A stretch of DNA of 64,000 bases. Origin: an uncultured Rhabdochlamydiaceae bacterium (lineage in GTDB: Bacteria > Chlamydiota > Chlamydiia > Chlamydiales > Rhabdochlamydiaceae). The notes under the pieces are model-generated. The model saw nothing but the letters and a program-made list of their open reading frames with translations, was not told where the DNA came from and searched no databases. Numbering within the stretch: position 1 is the stretch's first letter; each line of letters begins with the position of its first letter. Below are positions 9,465 to 20,928 of the stretch, in pieces. The translations under genes and the position numbers were made by a program. The stretch covers positions 544,001-608,000 of the forward strand of contig CAVQHD010000001.1 of assembly GCA_963712275.1 (NCBI GenBank). The letters run 5' to 3'.

Positions 9465-12400
9465 ATGCACATCAGATCAAAGAAGCTCCTGTATTTTACA
9501 GCAGCGTTCACTCTTTCATTAGGCACCTCTTTTGCAACGGTGACACCTTATATCGTTACGACGGGTACTGATTCCAATACAACAACAGGGGGACAGTCGG
9601 CTCCTTATTTGGATCTTCGGTATGCTTTAAATCAGATTCTCAATAACCAGGCTCAAGGCTTATCCAATGGTCCCTATGCAATTACCTTTGATTTTTCCGA
9701 TGGCTCTACGCAGGTAACCTTAGAAAATATTCTCCCTCCGATCAATCTATTTTCTTCCGATACCATCACGATTGGTAATCCTTCAGGATCTACGACGATT
9801 GATGGAAATGGCCACCGACCTTTTTTTATTAGGCAGGGCAGCAATATAACATTACAAAACCTGGCGATTGAAAACTCTACAGCTCAGGGAGGCAGAGGGG
9901 GCGTTGAAGGTGGCGGAGGCGGGATGGGAGCGGGAGGCGCTGTTTTTGTGGATGGAGCTACTGTTACCCTCAGCAATGTGACATTTTCTTCTAATAGTGC
10001 AAGCGCAGGCCGTGGGGTTAGGTTCTCGGGGGTTGGAGGGGGTGGTGGTGGTGGGCTTGGTGAAAATGGAGGGGCGACTAATGGTGGCTTAGGCGGAGGC
10101 GGAGGCTATAGTGGTATTGGTGGCACAGGCCAGATGGGCGGTGGCGGAGGAGTTGCGAATGGAGGGAATGGAACTGCCTCTGGCGCTGGAGCAGGAGGGG
10201 GTGGAGCCATCTTAGGAGCGTCGGGAGGGAATTCAAATGCTGGCAATGGACAGACTGTAACTGGTTATGTTTTTGGGGGTGGCGGAGCTGCTCCTGCAAC
10301 CGCTACCAATGGCGGCGCTGGGGGAGGAACAAGCCCAGGAGCTCCAGCAACATGGGCAGGCGGGGGTGGCGGTTATTCCGGCTCAGGCATCAATGGCGGT
10401 GCCGGAGGAGGCGGTGGCGGCCAAGGTGATTCTGGCAGTGGAGGTAATGGGGGTGCTGGCGGCGGCGGTGGTGGTGGTGGTACGAATGGACTTAATTCTG
10501 GCTCCGGTGGTTATGGAGGAGGAGGGGGGGAGGAAGTCTAGGAGGAACCGGAGGCTTTGGCGGCGGTGGTGGCGGTGGTGGTAAGATGACCTCAGGATCT
10601 GCTCAGGGGAATGGTGGTTTCGGTGGAGGCGGGGGAAGTTGCAGCCTCATAGGGAATGGTGTGATTAGTGGCAATGGCGGCTTTGGGGCCGGTGGCGGGG
10701 ATGGAGGTGGTGGACTCTATACCCCGGGCAGCGGTGGCACGGGAGGCTGCAACGGTCTAAACACCGCTGGAGGAGATGGAGGGGCAATGGGGGGCGCTCT
10801 TTTCGTCAATACGGGAGCGGTAATCTTTCAAGGAAATTGCTCGGCGACAGGAAATAGCGTCACCGCAAATGGAGGCGCAGGTGCATTTGTCGGATCTGAC
10901 ATCTTTGCGGTCACTGGCGCTACCCTTACATTTGCTCCGGGAACCGGGAATACCGTAATGCTAGCTGGAACGATTGCAGATGATAGTCTTAATTCCATCC
11001 CTTCAGGGAATTCTTGGCAGCCAGGAACAGGGACTGGTCTCTCCCTTACAATGCAAGGGCCAGGAACCCTTGTTTTGAGCGGAGCCAATACCTATGCAGG
11101 GGTTACAACGGTAACAGCTGGAAGGCTCTCTGTGAATGGATCCATTCAAGGAGGCGTCTCAGTAGCCTCTGGTGCAACCCTTGGAGGGACAGGGACCATT
11201 TATGGAGGAGGCTCTATCTTTGGAACGCTCTCTCCAGGCAATTCCATTGGAACCATCACATTTGATACCTCAAGCGGTCCTTTAACGTTAGAGAGTTCTT
11301 CTATTACAAATATCGAGATCGATCCCACGACGTCTTCTGAAATCTTGGTAACAGGCAGTGGAAGTGTAGCGCTTGGGGGGACTGTGAATGTCACTCAGGA
11401 TGCAGGAAGCTATCCCGCAGATATGCGGTATACGATTTTGGAAGGCTCTTATACAGGAGAGTTTGATCCAGCTGTCACAGGAGGACTTCCTGGGTATACG
11501 TTTAGACTCTCTTATGCACCGAATTTTGTATATCTTCTCTATGGGAATATAATGCCCCCTCAAATCTCAACAATAAGCCTCTCTGGCAATAGCCTGAAGG
11601 TAGCAAACTATTTAAACAACTATGCATCCAGCTCTACTATTGAGCTTTTCGACGGGTTAAGTGCAGGCGCATTGCAAAATGCAATGGAAAGAGTCTCTCC
11701 ATCTAGAAATGCCTTTAGCGCCTATATCACCCAGCAGACAGCGTTTTCTTTGAGCAAAGACCTTAGCTGGCACATAGATGCGCTGATCACAGCACGCGAG
11801 AGATCTTCCCAAAAAGAGTTCGTGGCAGAACTATTTGCCGATGCGTCCAATCAGATTCAACCCCCCGTCAAGAGTTTAGATAAGAGTAAGCTCTCTGCAT
11901 GGATCTCAGGCTTTGGAGAATATGCCCATCAAAAAGCTGAGATGCAAAACCCCTCGTTTAACTACCACTCTCAAGCTGTGCTTGGAGGAATTGATTACTG
12001 TGGAGAAAATCGAGGGATTGCAGGGATTGCGCTTGGGTTTGTCCATACCCGCTACACAGAAGATCACAATTTCGGACATGGCAACATCAATGGCTATGTT
12101 GCAAGCCTCTATGGAAATGCTTTTGCAGGTAATTTCTACTTTTCTCCCGCCGTTTGGGGAATTTTTAATGAAACAGAGAACACAAGAGATATTTCCTTTT
12201 CTGGTTTTTCTAAAAAAGCAAAAGCAAATATCTTTGCCTGGCAGCTGGTTCCCCATTTAGAAGTGGGCTACGATGTAAAATTTTCTTGGGGAGATGTGAT
12301 CCCCTTTTTGGCTGTAGACTGGGCGATTAACTGGCAAAGAGGTTATCAAGAGAGAGGATCAGCTCCCTTCAATGCGAGAGCAAAAGCCTTGAGTAATTCC

Positions 12401-12721
12401 ATGGTGCGCAGTGAAATAGGGCTTAAATTTTGTGAGAAATGGGAGCGCTCCTGGGGCGTTTTCTTCTTAAGAGAGAAGGTCAGCTATGTATTCCAAAAAC
12501 CGTTTGCAGCAGATACAGTCACAACAGCGCTTACCGGCATTCCAACGGCCTTTACTGTGAGCGCTCTGAACCAAAATCTCAACCTTGGAGATGTAGGGCT
12601 CGACTTTGCTGTCGCAATCGGCAAGAAAAAACCCACTTCAATCAACTTAGGCTATGAAGCGGAATTTGGTTCCAAATACTGGTCTAATCAGTTTATGCTT
12701 ACCGTTGGAAAGGACTTTTGA
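9465..12721 (+). pseudogene. Gly-rich autotransporter (Pmp-like) split by a frameshift at the G7 tract 10524-10530; ORFs 9465-10541 and 10586-12721
   Basis: Signal peptide, GGA(V/L)F and FxxN motifs, passenger repeat GTLVLSGANTYAGVT, C-terminal beta-barrel ending in F. One extra G fuses both ORFs. Confidence 0.8.
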
Positions 12722-12832
12722 AGGGAAACTCTTGAACGAAGAATTAATTGGGAGAGCGATCCGAGAATGTCTCAAAAATGGCGATTCAGAAAGCGTGTAT
12801 GATCAGTGAAGAAGTTTTCTTATAGACAGCTT

Positions 12833-13084
12833 CTAAGATTGAGAGATTTGATCCCTAAGAACGTATGGATCTAAATCGATATCATCGCCCCATGTTAATG
12901 TATCTGTCTTTGGATCAACCCGGACTTGATTGAAGAAATCGATAGATTTCCAAGCTTTAAAGACCCCTTTGCCAACTAAATTGCTTAAATTGATTTTGCC
13001 TTCTAAGCCATCATCGAAGCGAATCCAAACATGGTAATTTGGCAAAGCTTTGCAAGCGACTACCTTGGCCCTTTTGAATCCCAT
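12833..13084 (-). CDS. DUF2442 family protein (putative antitoxin)
   Basis: VWIRFDDGLEG...TLTWGDDIDLDP pattern; ATG at 13084 preceded by GGAG. Confidence 0.8.
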   Translation of the reverse strand: MGFKRAKVVACKALPNYHVWIRFDDGLEGKINLSNLVGKGVFKAWKSIDFFNQVRVDPKTDTLTWGDDIDLDPYVLRDQISQS

Positions 13085-13094
13085 GACTCCACAT

Positions 13095-13355
13095 TTATTG
13101 GAGAGGGGGAATTTTTTGTAGTTTTTTATTAGCTGCAGCATAGTTCCAATCCTCCATTAATTGATTTTGATGGATCTGAGCCCATTCCAGCACCAGGCTT
13201 AAAGCCCGTGGAGGCAGTTTTCCTTTTAGTACTCCCAGAGGAGAGATTTGTATTAAAATCTCATCATCTCCATACCTCGCATGAAAGTGAGGCGGAGCAT
13301 GGTCATTATAATACATCAAAATCAGAATACCAAAAAACTCTGAAATAGTCGGCAT
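13095..13355 (-). CDS. DUF4160 family protein (putative toxin)
   Basis: MPTISEFFGILILMYYNDHAPPHFHARY...LVLEWA...IPPL pattern; paired with DUF2442. Confidence 0.85.
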   Translation of the reverse strand: MPTISEFFGILILMYYNDHAPPHFHARYGDDEILIQISPLGVLKGKLPPRALSLVLEWAQIHQNQLMEDWNYAAANKKLQKIPPLQ

Positions 13356-13440
13356 ACGTTGACTTAAGATTTTTTATGGATGACAAAATGCTAAGCTAAT
13401 CCTTGGTTTTTTTCTATACTAAGGTTTTGAGTACATCGAA

Positions 13441-15103
<1,663 letters not shown>

Positions 15104-15175
15104 TAAATTTTTGAGTTGTGGTTTTAGGGCGGTCGATAGTATTGTAAAATGCACGATTTTACCAAAGGATGTTTT

Positions 15176-15601
15176 ATGTCTTTAGTAAGCTTAACAAAAC
15201 AGGATTTGGTGCATGGTTTGTGGAATGGTTTGTCTGTCCTGAGTCACTATGGGATGGGACTCGGGACCGCTCGTCTCGTGGACTTCTATGTGAAAAAGCT
15301 GATTAAGAATGGACAAATCAATCGGCATATTGCGCCCCTTTGTGCTTTTGGAATGGGCACCATGGCTTCAGTTGTTCTTGCTCCCAAAACACCTTTAGTA
15401 AGTTTTAAAGGACGGAAAGTCATAGAGATTGTGATATTTCAAAGCATTGTCAATGCTTTAATTAATTTTGTTATAAAAAAAAAGATTTATATTCCCCTTG
15501 TTGTTGGTGAAGGGGCTGCGGTTGGATGGCTGGGTTCACGGGGTTTAATGGTATATGGATTTGTGGGAGCCATACACGGATCGTTTTGGGCCACTTTCTG
15601 A
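15176..15601 (+). CDS. Hypothetical membrane protein
   Basis: ORF with several hydrophobic segments; start uncertain (15149 or 15176). Confidence 0.6.
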   Translation: MSLVSLTKQDLVHGLWNGLSVLSHYGMGLGTARLVDFYVKKLIKNGQINRHIAPLCAFGMGTMASVVLAPKTPLVSFKGRKVIEIVIFQSIVNALINFVIKKKIYIPLVVGEGAAVGWLGSRGLMVYGFVGAIHGSFWATF

Positions 15602-15676
15602 GACGTCTCAATCAAGCGCCAATTCAAAAAAAAGCAAATAGGATCTTGGCTGTATCATAGCCATCTAAAAGCGCTC

Positions 15677-17338
15677 TCACTTTCCTCCCCGCCGGCTCCA
15701 AAAGGCGGGGGTTAGGACGACGAGGAGGGTCAAGTACTCCAACCTGCCCAGCACCATCCAGAAAATACAGACAAGTTTAGAAAAAATGGGGAGGAAGGCG
15801 TATGATCCAGTGATCCCTAGCCCTCCCAGATTAAGGCCGGTGTTATTGATCATGCAGCTGATGATCCCAATCGATGTCAGCGGGTCTTGGTGATCAAGGA
15901 CGAGAAGATAGGTCCCAAGTCCCACGAATAAAATCACGATGCAGAAGAATGTGAGGACAGACGTGATGGTTTTGGGGGGAATTTCTCGCTCGCCAACTTT
16001 CATGACGCGCACGACTTCAGGGCGGAAAAGAGTTTCAATTTTATGCCTGATTGCCTTCATGACAATGAAGTACCGAATGACTTTAATTCCTCCTGTTGTC
16101 GATCCCGACATCCCTCCGATAAACATCAAAATGACCATGAGCAGCTGGCAGGAAAAGGGCCATAAATCATAAGTCGTGAGTGAAAATCCGGTCGATGTTT
16201 GTGCAGAGATGGCCATAAACGATCCATGCTGAAGAGCCTCATTGAGTGTAAAGCGGCTAATAGAGCCAAAGTGAGGTGTATTCCAGAGGTTTAACGACAT
16301 GAGAAGGCATCCGCCTACAAGCAAAATCAAATAGAGGAAAAATTCTGGTTCATAAAGTCGGTTAAATTTTCTCTTAAGACAATGAAAATAAAGGGTGAAG
16401 TTGAAACTTCCCAAGAGCATAAAAAGAGCGATAATCCAAGGGGTTGCAATGCTAGGGTACGCTTCAAGACCTAAATTTGTCGTGGTAAAGCCTCCTGTGG
16501 AGATTGTGGAAAAGGAGAGCGTGACGGCGTCAAAAAGAGAGATGGAAGAATTTGTGAACATAAGAAGAGCTGTTTGCACTACCGTCAGCCCCAGATAGAT
16601 TTTCCAAAGAAGGCTTGCTGTTTCCTTGATCCGGGGTGTCATTCCTTCTTTAGAAAGGCCCGGCACCTCATTTTCGAACAAAAACTTCCCTCCCATGGAG
16701 AGGGCAGGAAGAACAGCGATAAAGAGAACGACGACTCCCATTCCGCCGATCCACTCCATAAAAGCTCTCCAAAACAGGAGTGGTTTTCCAATTGCTTCGA
16801 TTCCCACTTTGAGGACTTGGCCTGTGACTGAATCTTTAAGAGGAGCTACCGTTCCATAAAAAGAGTAAACCATGGAAGGATCGAGCGGATGCCGAACGCA
16901 TGCCGGGATTTCAACTCCCGCAGAGTTGTACTCTTTAGGAAATAAAATCGTCACCCCCGTTGTCGTCAGCCCTGACATCGACTCAAAATAGGCATCGATA
17001 GGGTGCTTCAAAACACCTGTGAATAAAAACGGGCAAGCTCCGATGCCTGCTGTGAGAAGCCAGATGAGGACTACAACCAAAATGCTTTCCTTTCGATAAA
17101 GAGGCCGGCAGGAGCCCTGCCCTTTCCATCGGAAAAAAAGTCCGCAGATTGCAGCAATGCCAATTGTCTCTAAAAAGGCAACAGTTGCAGATGTTGAAAG
17201 ATAGGTGTTGTTTTGAAAGATGAACTCATCTCCCACAGAAACGGCCAGCGGGATCAGTAAAATGGCTGCAAGATAAAAAAAGTATCGTCCAAGGACCTGG
17301 CTGATTTCACGGCTTAATAACCTGAATTTTGGATTCAT
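15677..17338 (-). CDS. trkH: Trk potassium uptake permease
   Basis: FESMSGLTTTG, WIGGMG, STISTGGF, GSTTGGIK, MVLGRLE. Confidence 0.93.
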   Translation of the reverse strand: MNPKFRLLSREISQVLGRYFFYLAAILLIPLAVSVGDEFIFQNNTYLSTSATVAFLETIGIAAICGLFFRWKGQGSCRPLYRKESILVVVLIWLLTAGIGACPFLFTGVLKHPIDAYFESMSGLTTTGVTILFPKEYNSAGVEIPACVRHPLDPSMVYSFYGTVAPLKDSVTGQVLKVGIEAIGKPLLFWRAFMEWIGGMGVVVLFIAVLPALSMGGKFLFENEVPGLSKEGMTPRIKETASLLWKIYLGLTVVQTALLMFTNSSISLFDAVTLSFSTISTGGFTTTNLGLEAYPSIATPWIIALFMLLGSFNFTLYFHCLKRKFNRLYEPEFFLYLILLVGGCLLMSLNLWNTPHFGSISRFTLNEALQHGSFMAISAQTSTGFSLTTYDLWPFSCQLLMVILMFIGGMSGSTTGGIKVIRYFIVMKAIRHKIETLFRPEVVRVMKVGEREIPPKTITSVLTFFCIVILFVGLGTYLLVLDHQDPLTSIGIISCMINNTGLNLGGLGITGSYAFLPIFSKLVCIFWMVLGRLEYLTLLVVLTPAFWSRRGGK

Positions 17339-18669
17339 TTCACAGAATCGGGGCTGCAGATGACGATAGCGGTATCTCCGGGGGATAAAACGGTATTTCC
17401 TTTAGGAATCACAATTCCTTTTTTATTTTCGATCATGGCGATGATAAAATTGTTTGGAAGAGTGGGCTTGAGGTCTGCAAGCGGGGTGCCGGCGAGGCTA
17501 GAGTTGGAAGAAATTTTCAACTCCATGATTTGGGCTTGATTGTTGTAAAGAGATGCCACATGGGTGATCGGGTTGCTCGCTAAAATAGCGTGAATCTGCC
17601 TGGCAATACTGGCTTTTTCTGAGAGAGCATGAGAAATTCCCAATTGTTTCAAGAGAGGAAGAGAGCTTTCATCTGAAATAATCGCAATCACTTGTTTGCA
17701 TCCCGCCTGCTTCGCAAGCGCTGCGGCTAAAATATTTGTTTCGTGAGATTGTGTGCAGGCAATGAAAAGGTCGGTATGATCCACTCCTTCTTCTTGTAAA
17801 AAGGCATAATCTGTTCCATCGTGGTTTAAAACGGTTGCAAAAGGGAACAGTTTAGCAAGATGGAGGCACTTCGCCTCATCTTGTTCAATAATTTTGATCC
17901 GAATCTTTTGTCCCTCTAAAAGTTTACAGAGATGAAACGTCACTCCTGAGCTTCCAATGAGTGTAACCGAAGAGATCGTGGTTTTTGGGATCCCAAAGTC
18001 ATCTGAAAGCGAGCGCATCACATGCGCCTCTCCAATGAGGGTTGCCTCATCTCCTGGGAGAAGATAGTCATTCCCTTTTGGGAAGATCAGTGTTTCTTGT
18101 CCATTTTGAAGTTTGCGTCGAATCAGGCCAATGAGCAGATGGTCGTCAAGGTGAGCGGTCGCGAGAGGTACACCTGCCCGTTTAAAATTGTCCGGGATCG
18201 TCACCGTTCTCATTTGAACAGAGCCAAGGGCAAAATTTTCGATCATTTTGTTCTCAGGGTAGGCGATATACTTGAACAATTCATGAGCTAGGGTGAGTTC
18301 TGCTGCCAAAAGATAATCGACAAAAAATAATTGAGAGAACTCCAAACGGCGATAGTCTAAAAAAGCATTTTGCCGAATCCGGGCCACCGTCTTAGGATAT
18401 CCCAAATTTTTGGCAATCGTGCAGGCGACAAGATTGGTTTCATCGTGGCTGCTCATAGCGATAAAAAGGTCAGGGGAAAGATCTGTCAGCTCTTCCAACA
18501 CTCTCCAATCAGTTCCAGATCCCAGGCGCGTTGCGACATCGGCAGATCTCGCTATTTTTTCAAGCGCCTTGGGGTCTTGATCGACCACAACGATATCATG
18601 CTCCTCTTCTGCAAGCGTTGCTGCAAGAAAAGAGCCAATACTTCCCGCACCTAAAATAATAATTTTCAT
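17335..18669 (-). CDS. trkA: Trk potassium uptake regulatory subunit
   Basis: MKIIILGAGSIG, two RCK domains, overlaps trkH start. Confidence 0.93.
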   Translation of the reverse strand: MKIIILGAGSIGSFLAATLAEEEHDIVVVDQDPKALEKIARSADVATRLGSGTDWRVLEELTDLSPDLFIAMSSHDETNLVACTIAKNLGYPKTVARIRQNAFLDYRRLEFSQLFFVDYLLAAELTLAHELFKYIAYPENKMIENFALGSVQMRTVTIPDNFKRAGVPLATAHLDDHLLIGLIRRKLQNGQETLIFPKGNDYLLPGDEATLIGEAHVMRSLSDDFGIPKTTISSVTLIGSSGVTFHLCKLLEGQKIRIKIIEQDEAKCLHLAKLFPFATVLNHDGTDYAFLQEEGVDHTDLFIACTQSHETNILAAALAKQAGCKQVIAIISDESSLPLLKQLGISHALSEKASIARQIHAILASNPITHVASLYNNQAQIMELKISSNSSLAGTPLADLKPTLPNNFIIAMIENKKGIVIPKGNTVLSPGDTAIVICSPDSVK

Positions 18670-18888
18670 AATCCCTTTATTATACCAAGGATAAAAGGTA
18701 AAGTAAAGGTTGATGCCGCATGCCTCAACTCTTACTCAGTTAAAAATTTTAAGTGTATCCCATACGGGGGGGGATTTTGATATTCAAGCGCTTAGAGTGG
18801 AAGTATTAAGTAATTTTTTTTCTAGGTTACAAGAATAAAGTAAAGCTTGCTGAAAATCGGTTTCTATCCGACACTTATCTCTTTTCCT

Positions 18889-18962
18889 GCACCGGTAGCT
18901 CAGCTGGATAGAGTACATGGCTACGAACCATGAGGTCAGAGGTTCGAATCCTCTCCGGTGCG
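18889..18962 (+). tRNA. tRNA-Arg(ACG), CCA not encoded
   Basis: Acceptor stem GCACCGG/CCGGTGC, D-arm TAGCTCAGCTGGATAGAG, anticodon arm CATGG-CTACGAA-CCATG, T-loop GTTCGAATC. Confidence 0.97.
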
Positions 18963-18963
18963 T

Positions 18964-19614
18964 ATGCTATTAAAGATTTTCACGGCAGGGCCTGTCGAAA
19001 CCCACTGTTATCTTATAGGGTGCCCTGAGACGAGGGAGGCGGCTGTTATCGACGCTCCTCAAGGGGCTGCCTCCTTGGTTCTGAAGGAGGTAGAACAGCG
19101 GCAGCTGACGGTGAAAATGATTCTAATCACCCATTCTCATTGGGATCATATCGCCGATGCAGCTAAGCTTAAAAAAAAATTGAATGCCCTGCTCTATATT
19201 CACTCTGCCGATCAAAACAACTTGCTAGAGCCGGGATCAGATGGCCTTCCCCTTTTTTTCCCTGTTGAAGGGGTCAAGCCTGATAAGTTTCTGAGAGAGG
19301 GAGATCGACTTTACGTCGGACGCCTTGAAATCGATGTGATTGAGGCGCCAGGGCATACCCCCGGGGGGATTTGTTTATGGCTAGCAAAGGAAAAAGTGTT
19401 GTTTTCGGGCGATACCTTGTTTCAAGGATCGATCGGCAACCTAAGCTTTCCGACGGCAAATCCCTCAAAGATGTGGAACTCTTTGAAAAAACTTGCTAAA
19501 CTGCCACCTGAAACAAAGGTTTATCCGGGACACGGAGCTTCCACGACAATAGGAGCTGAAAGTTGGCTTGAAAACGCTCAAACGATTTTTGGAGGATATA
19601 CCCCAATCCGTTGA
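18964..19614 (+). CDS. MBL-fold metallo-hydrolase (YcbL/glyoxalase II-like)
   Basis: THSHWDH, PGHTPG, SGDTLF, YPGHG. Confidence 0.9.
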   Translation: MLLKIFTAGPVETHCYLIGCPETREAAVIDAPQGAASLVLKEVEQRQLTVKMILITHSHWDHIADAAKLKKKLNALLYIHSADQNNLLEPGSDGLPLFFPVEGVKPDKFLREGDRLYVGRLEIDVIEAPGHTPGGICLWLAKEKVLFSGDTLFQGSIGNLSFPTANPSKMWNSLKKLAKLPPETKVYPGHGASTTIGAESWLENAQTIFGGYTPIR

Positions 19615-19761
19615 AAAATTGGCATTTGGGCTGCGTCAAAGCCCCGGGGTTCGATCATCGCAAGTGGGTCCGTATTGGATTAATACTGAACCACTTGCGA
19701 TGATCGAACCCCGGGGCTTTGACGCAGCCCAAATGTCAATTTTTCAACAGATTGGAGTATA
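19597..19761. mobile_element. Palindromic MITE-like element (161 bp plus TA duplication)
   Basis: ~80-bp near-perfect arms around a GGATT loop; ends TA|TACCCC...GGAGTA|TA. Confidence 0.8.
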
Positions 19762-19764
19762 AAA

Positions 19765-20355
19765 ATGATAAATTTATTGATTGGAAAAAAGGCGCCTTTT
19801 TTTAAAGCGCCGGCGGTTGTTGGAGGCGTCATTGAAAACGACTTTTCTCTTGAGGCGTTTAAACAATCGTATGTGGTTTTCTTTTTCTATCCCCTTGACT
19901 TTACTTTTGTATGTCCCACAGAGCTCCATGCTTTTCAGGAAGCTCTCCCTTTCTTCAAAGAGAGAAATGGTGTTGTCATTGGATGTTCTGTCGATAGTAT
20001 CTATGCTCATTTAGCTTGGCTGAATACCCCTGTTTCCAAGGGAGGAATCCAAGGGATTACATATCCTCTTGTGGCTGATTTGAATAAAACGATTGCACGA
20101 GATTTTCAGGTCCTCAAAGAAGATGCAGGGATTGCTTATCGAGGACTTTTCATTTTAGATCGTGAAGGAATCGTTCGGCACCAGCTTGTCAATGATCTGC
20201 CTTTAGGCCGGTCTGTCGAAGAAGCGCTCCGAACTCTCGACGCTCTCATTCAGCATGAAACACATGGCGAGGTATGTCCTGCCAATTGGAAACCTGGGTC
20301 AAAGGCCTTAAAACCAACGCAGCAGGGACTAGAAACCTATTTTGCTGTTAAATAA
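19765..20355 (+). CDS. ahpC: Peroxiredoxin (2-Cys)
   Basis: FFYPLDFTFVCPTE and GEVCPANW. Confidence 0.95.
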   Translation: MINLLIGKKAPFFKAPAVVGGVIENDFSLEAFKQSYVVFFFYPLDFTFVCPTELHAFQEALPFFKERNGVVIGCSVDSIYAHLAWLNTPVSKGGIQGITYPLVADLNKTIARDFQVLKEDAGIAYRGLFILDREGIVRHQLVNDLPLGRSVEEALRTLDALIQHETHGEVCPANWKPGSKALKPTQQGLETYFAVK

Positions 20356-20741
20356 TCGTACAAATCTTTTTGAGAGACGATGAGAAGACACTCATGAAGG
20401 TGGCAAATGGCAGTCGTCGCCTGAATAATCTCTTCATCACCGACACCTGGAAGGCAGATCGCCAAGAGCTCTGAATGCAAGGGTGTTTTTTTAAGCCATT
20501 TGAGGCCGGTCATATAGTCTGAAAAGCTAAAACCCTCTTCTGCGACCCGAAAATAAATCAAACTGCATTGAAAAAGAAGGACCCGAACAGCGTAGTGGAT
20601 TCCCTCGCTTTGCTCCGGAGGATGCCCCAATTGATCAAAGAGTTGATCAAGGGAGGCAACAGACATTGGTTGACCGATGACCCCTTTTTCCGCTGCCCCA
20701 AAAAGAAAGAGTGTTTTCCGATCCATAACTTCTTCATACAC
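20337..20741 (-). CDS. Conserved chlamydial hypothetical protein convergent on ahpC
   Basis: LFGAAEKG...YFRVAEEGFS...LPGVG...DLYDYL; resembles, from memory, the chlamydial ahpC neighbour. Confidence 0.65.
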   Translation of the reverse strand: MYEEVMDRKTLFLFGAAEKGVIGQPMSVASLDQLFDQLGHPPEQSEGIHYAVRVLLFQCSLIYFRVAEEGFSFSDYMTGLKWLKKTPLHSELLAICLPGVGDEEIIQATTAICHLHECLLIVSQKDLYDYLTAK

Positions 20742-20796
20742 ATATAAAAATTATTTTAAAGTTTATTTTGAATAAACAACTGAGGTATGACTTTAA

Positions 20797-20910
20797 GAGA
20801 CTGTCTATGGAGCCAGTTTCAGTCGATTTTTGGGATTATTTTGGCCAATTTTTGATTCATTTGTTGGGGGCAATATCAACTTTCGTATATTGCCCCCAAC
20901 AGACAGTCTC
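20797..20910. mobile_element. MITE-like element with 10-bp TIR and TAA duplication (short member of the 61466 family)
   Basis: taa|GAGACTGTCT...AGACAGTCTC|taa; internal hairpin TGTTGGGGGCAATAT-CAACTTTCGT-ATATTGCCCCCAACA. Confidence 0.75.
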
Positions 20911-20928
20911 TAAATAAGAGGTATTGGT

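Noticed and set aside
18766..18773. G8 tract between trkA and the tRNA
   Set aside because: Not placed within a promoter I can identify; no support for phase variation
18889..18962. tRNA as island integration site
   Set aside because: No integrase and no duplicated tRNA 3' end seen in the window
19568..19762. 64-aa ORF between the hydrolase and ahpC
   Set aside because: Almost entirely the palindromic element; no independent coding evidence
20874..20890. IHF site in the conserved MITE core
   Set aside because: TATCAA is present but the TTR part of WATCAANNNNTTR is missing
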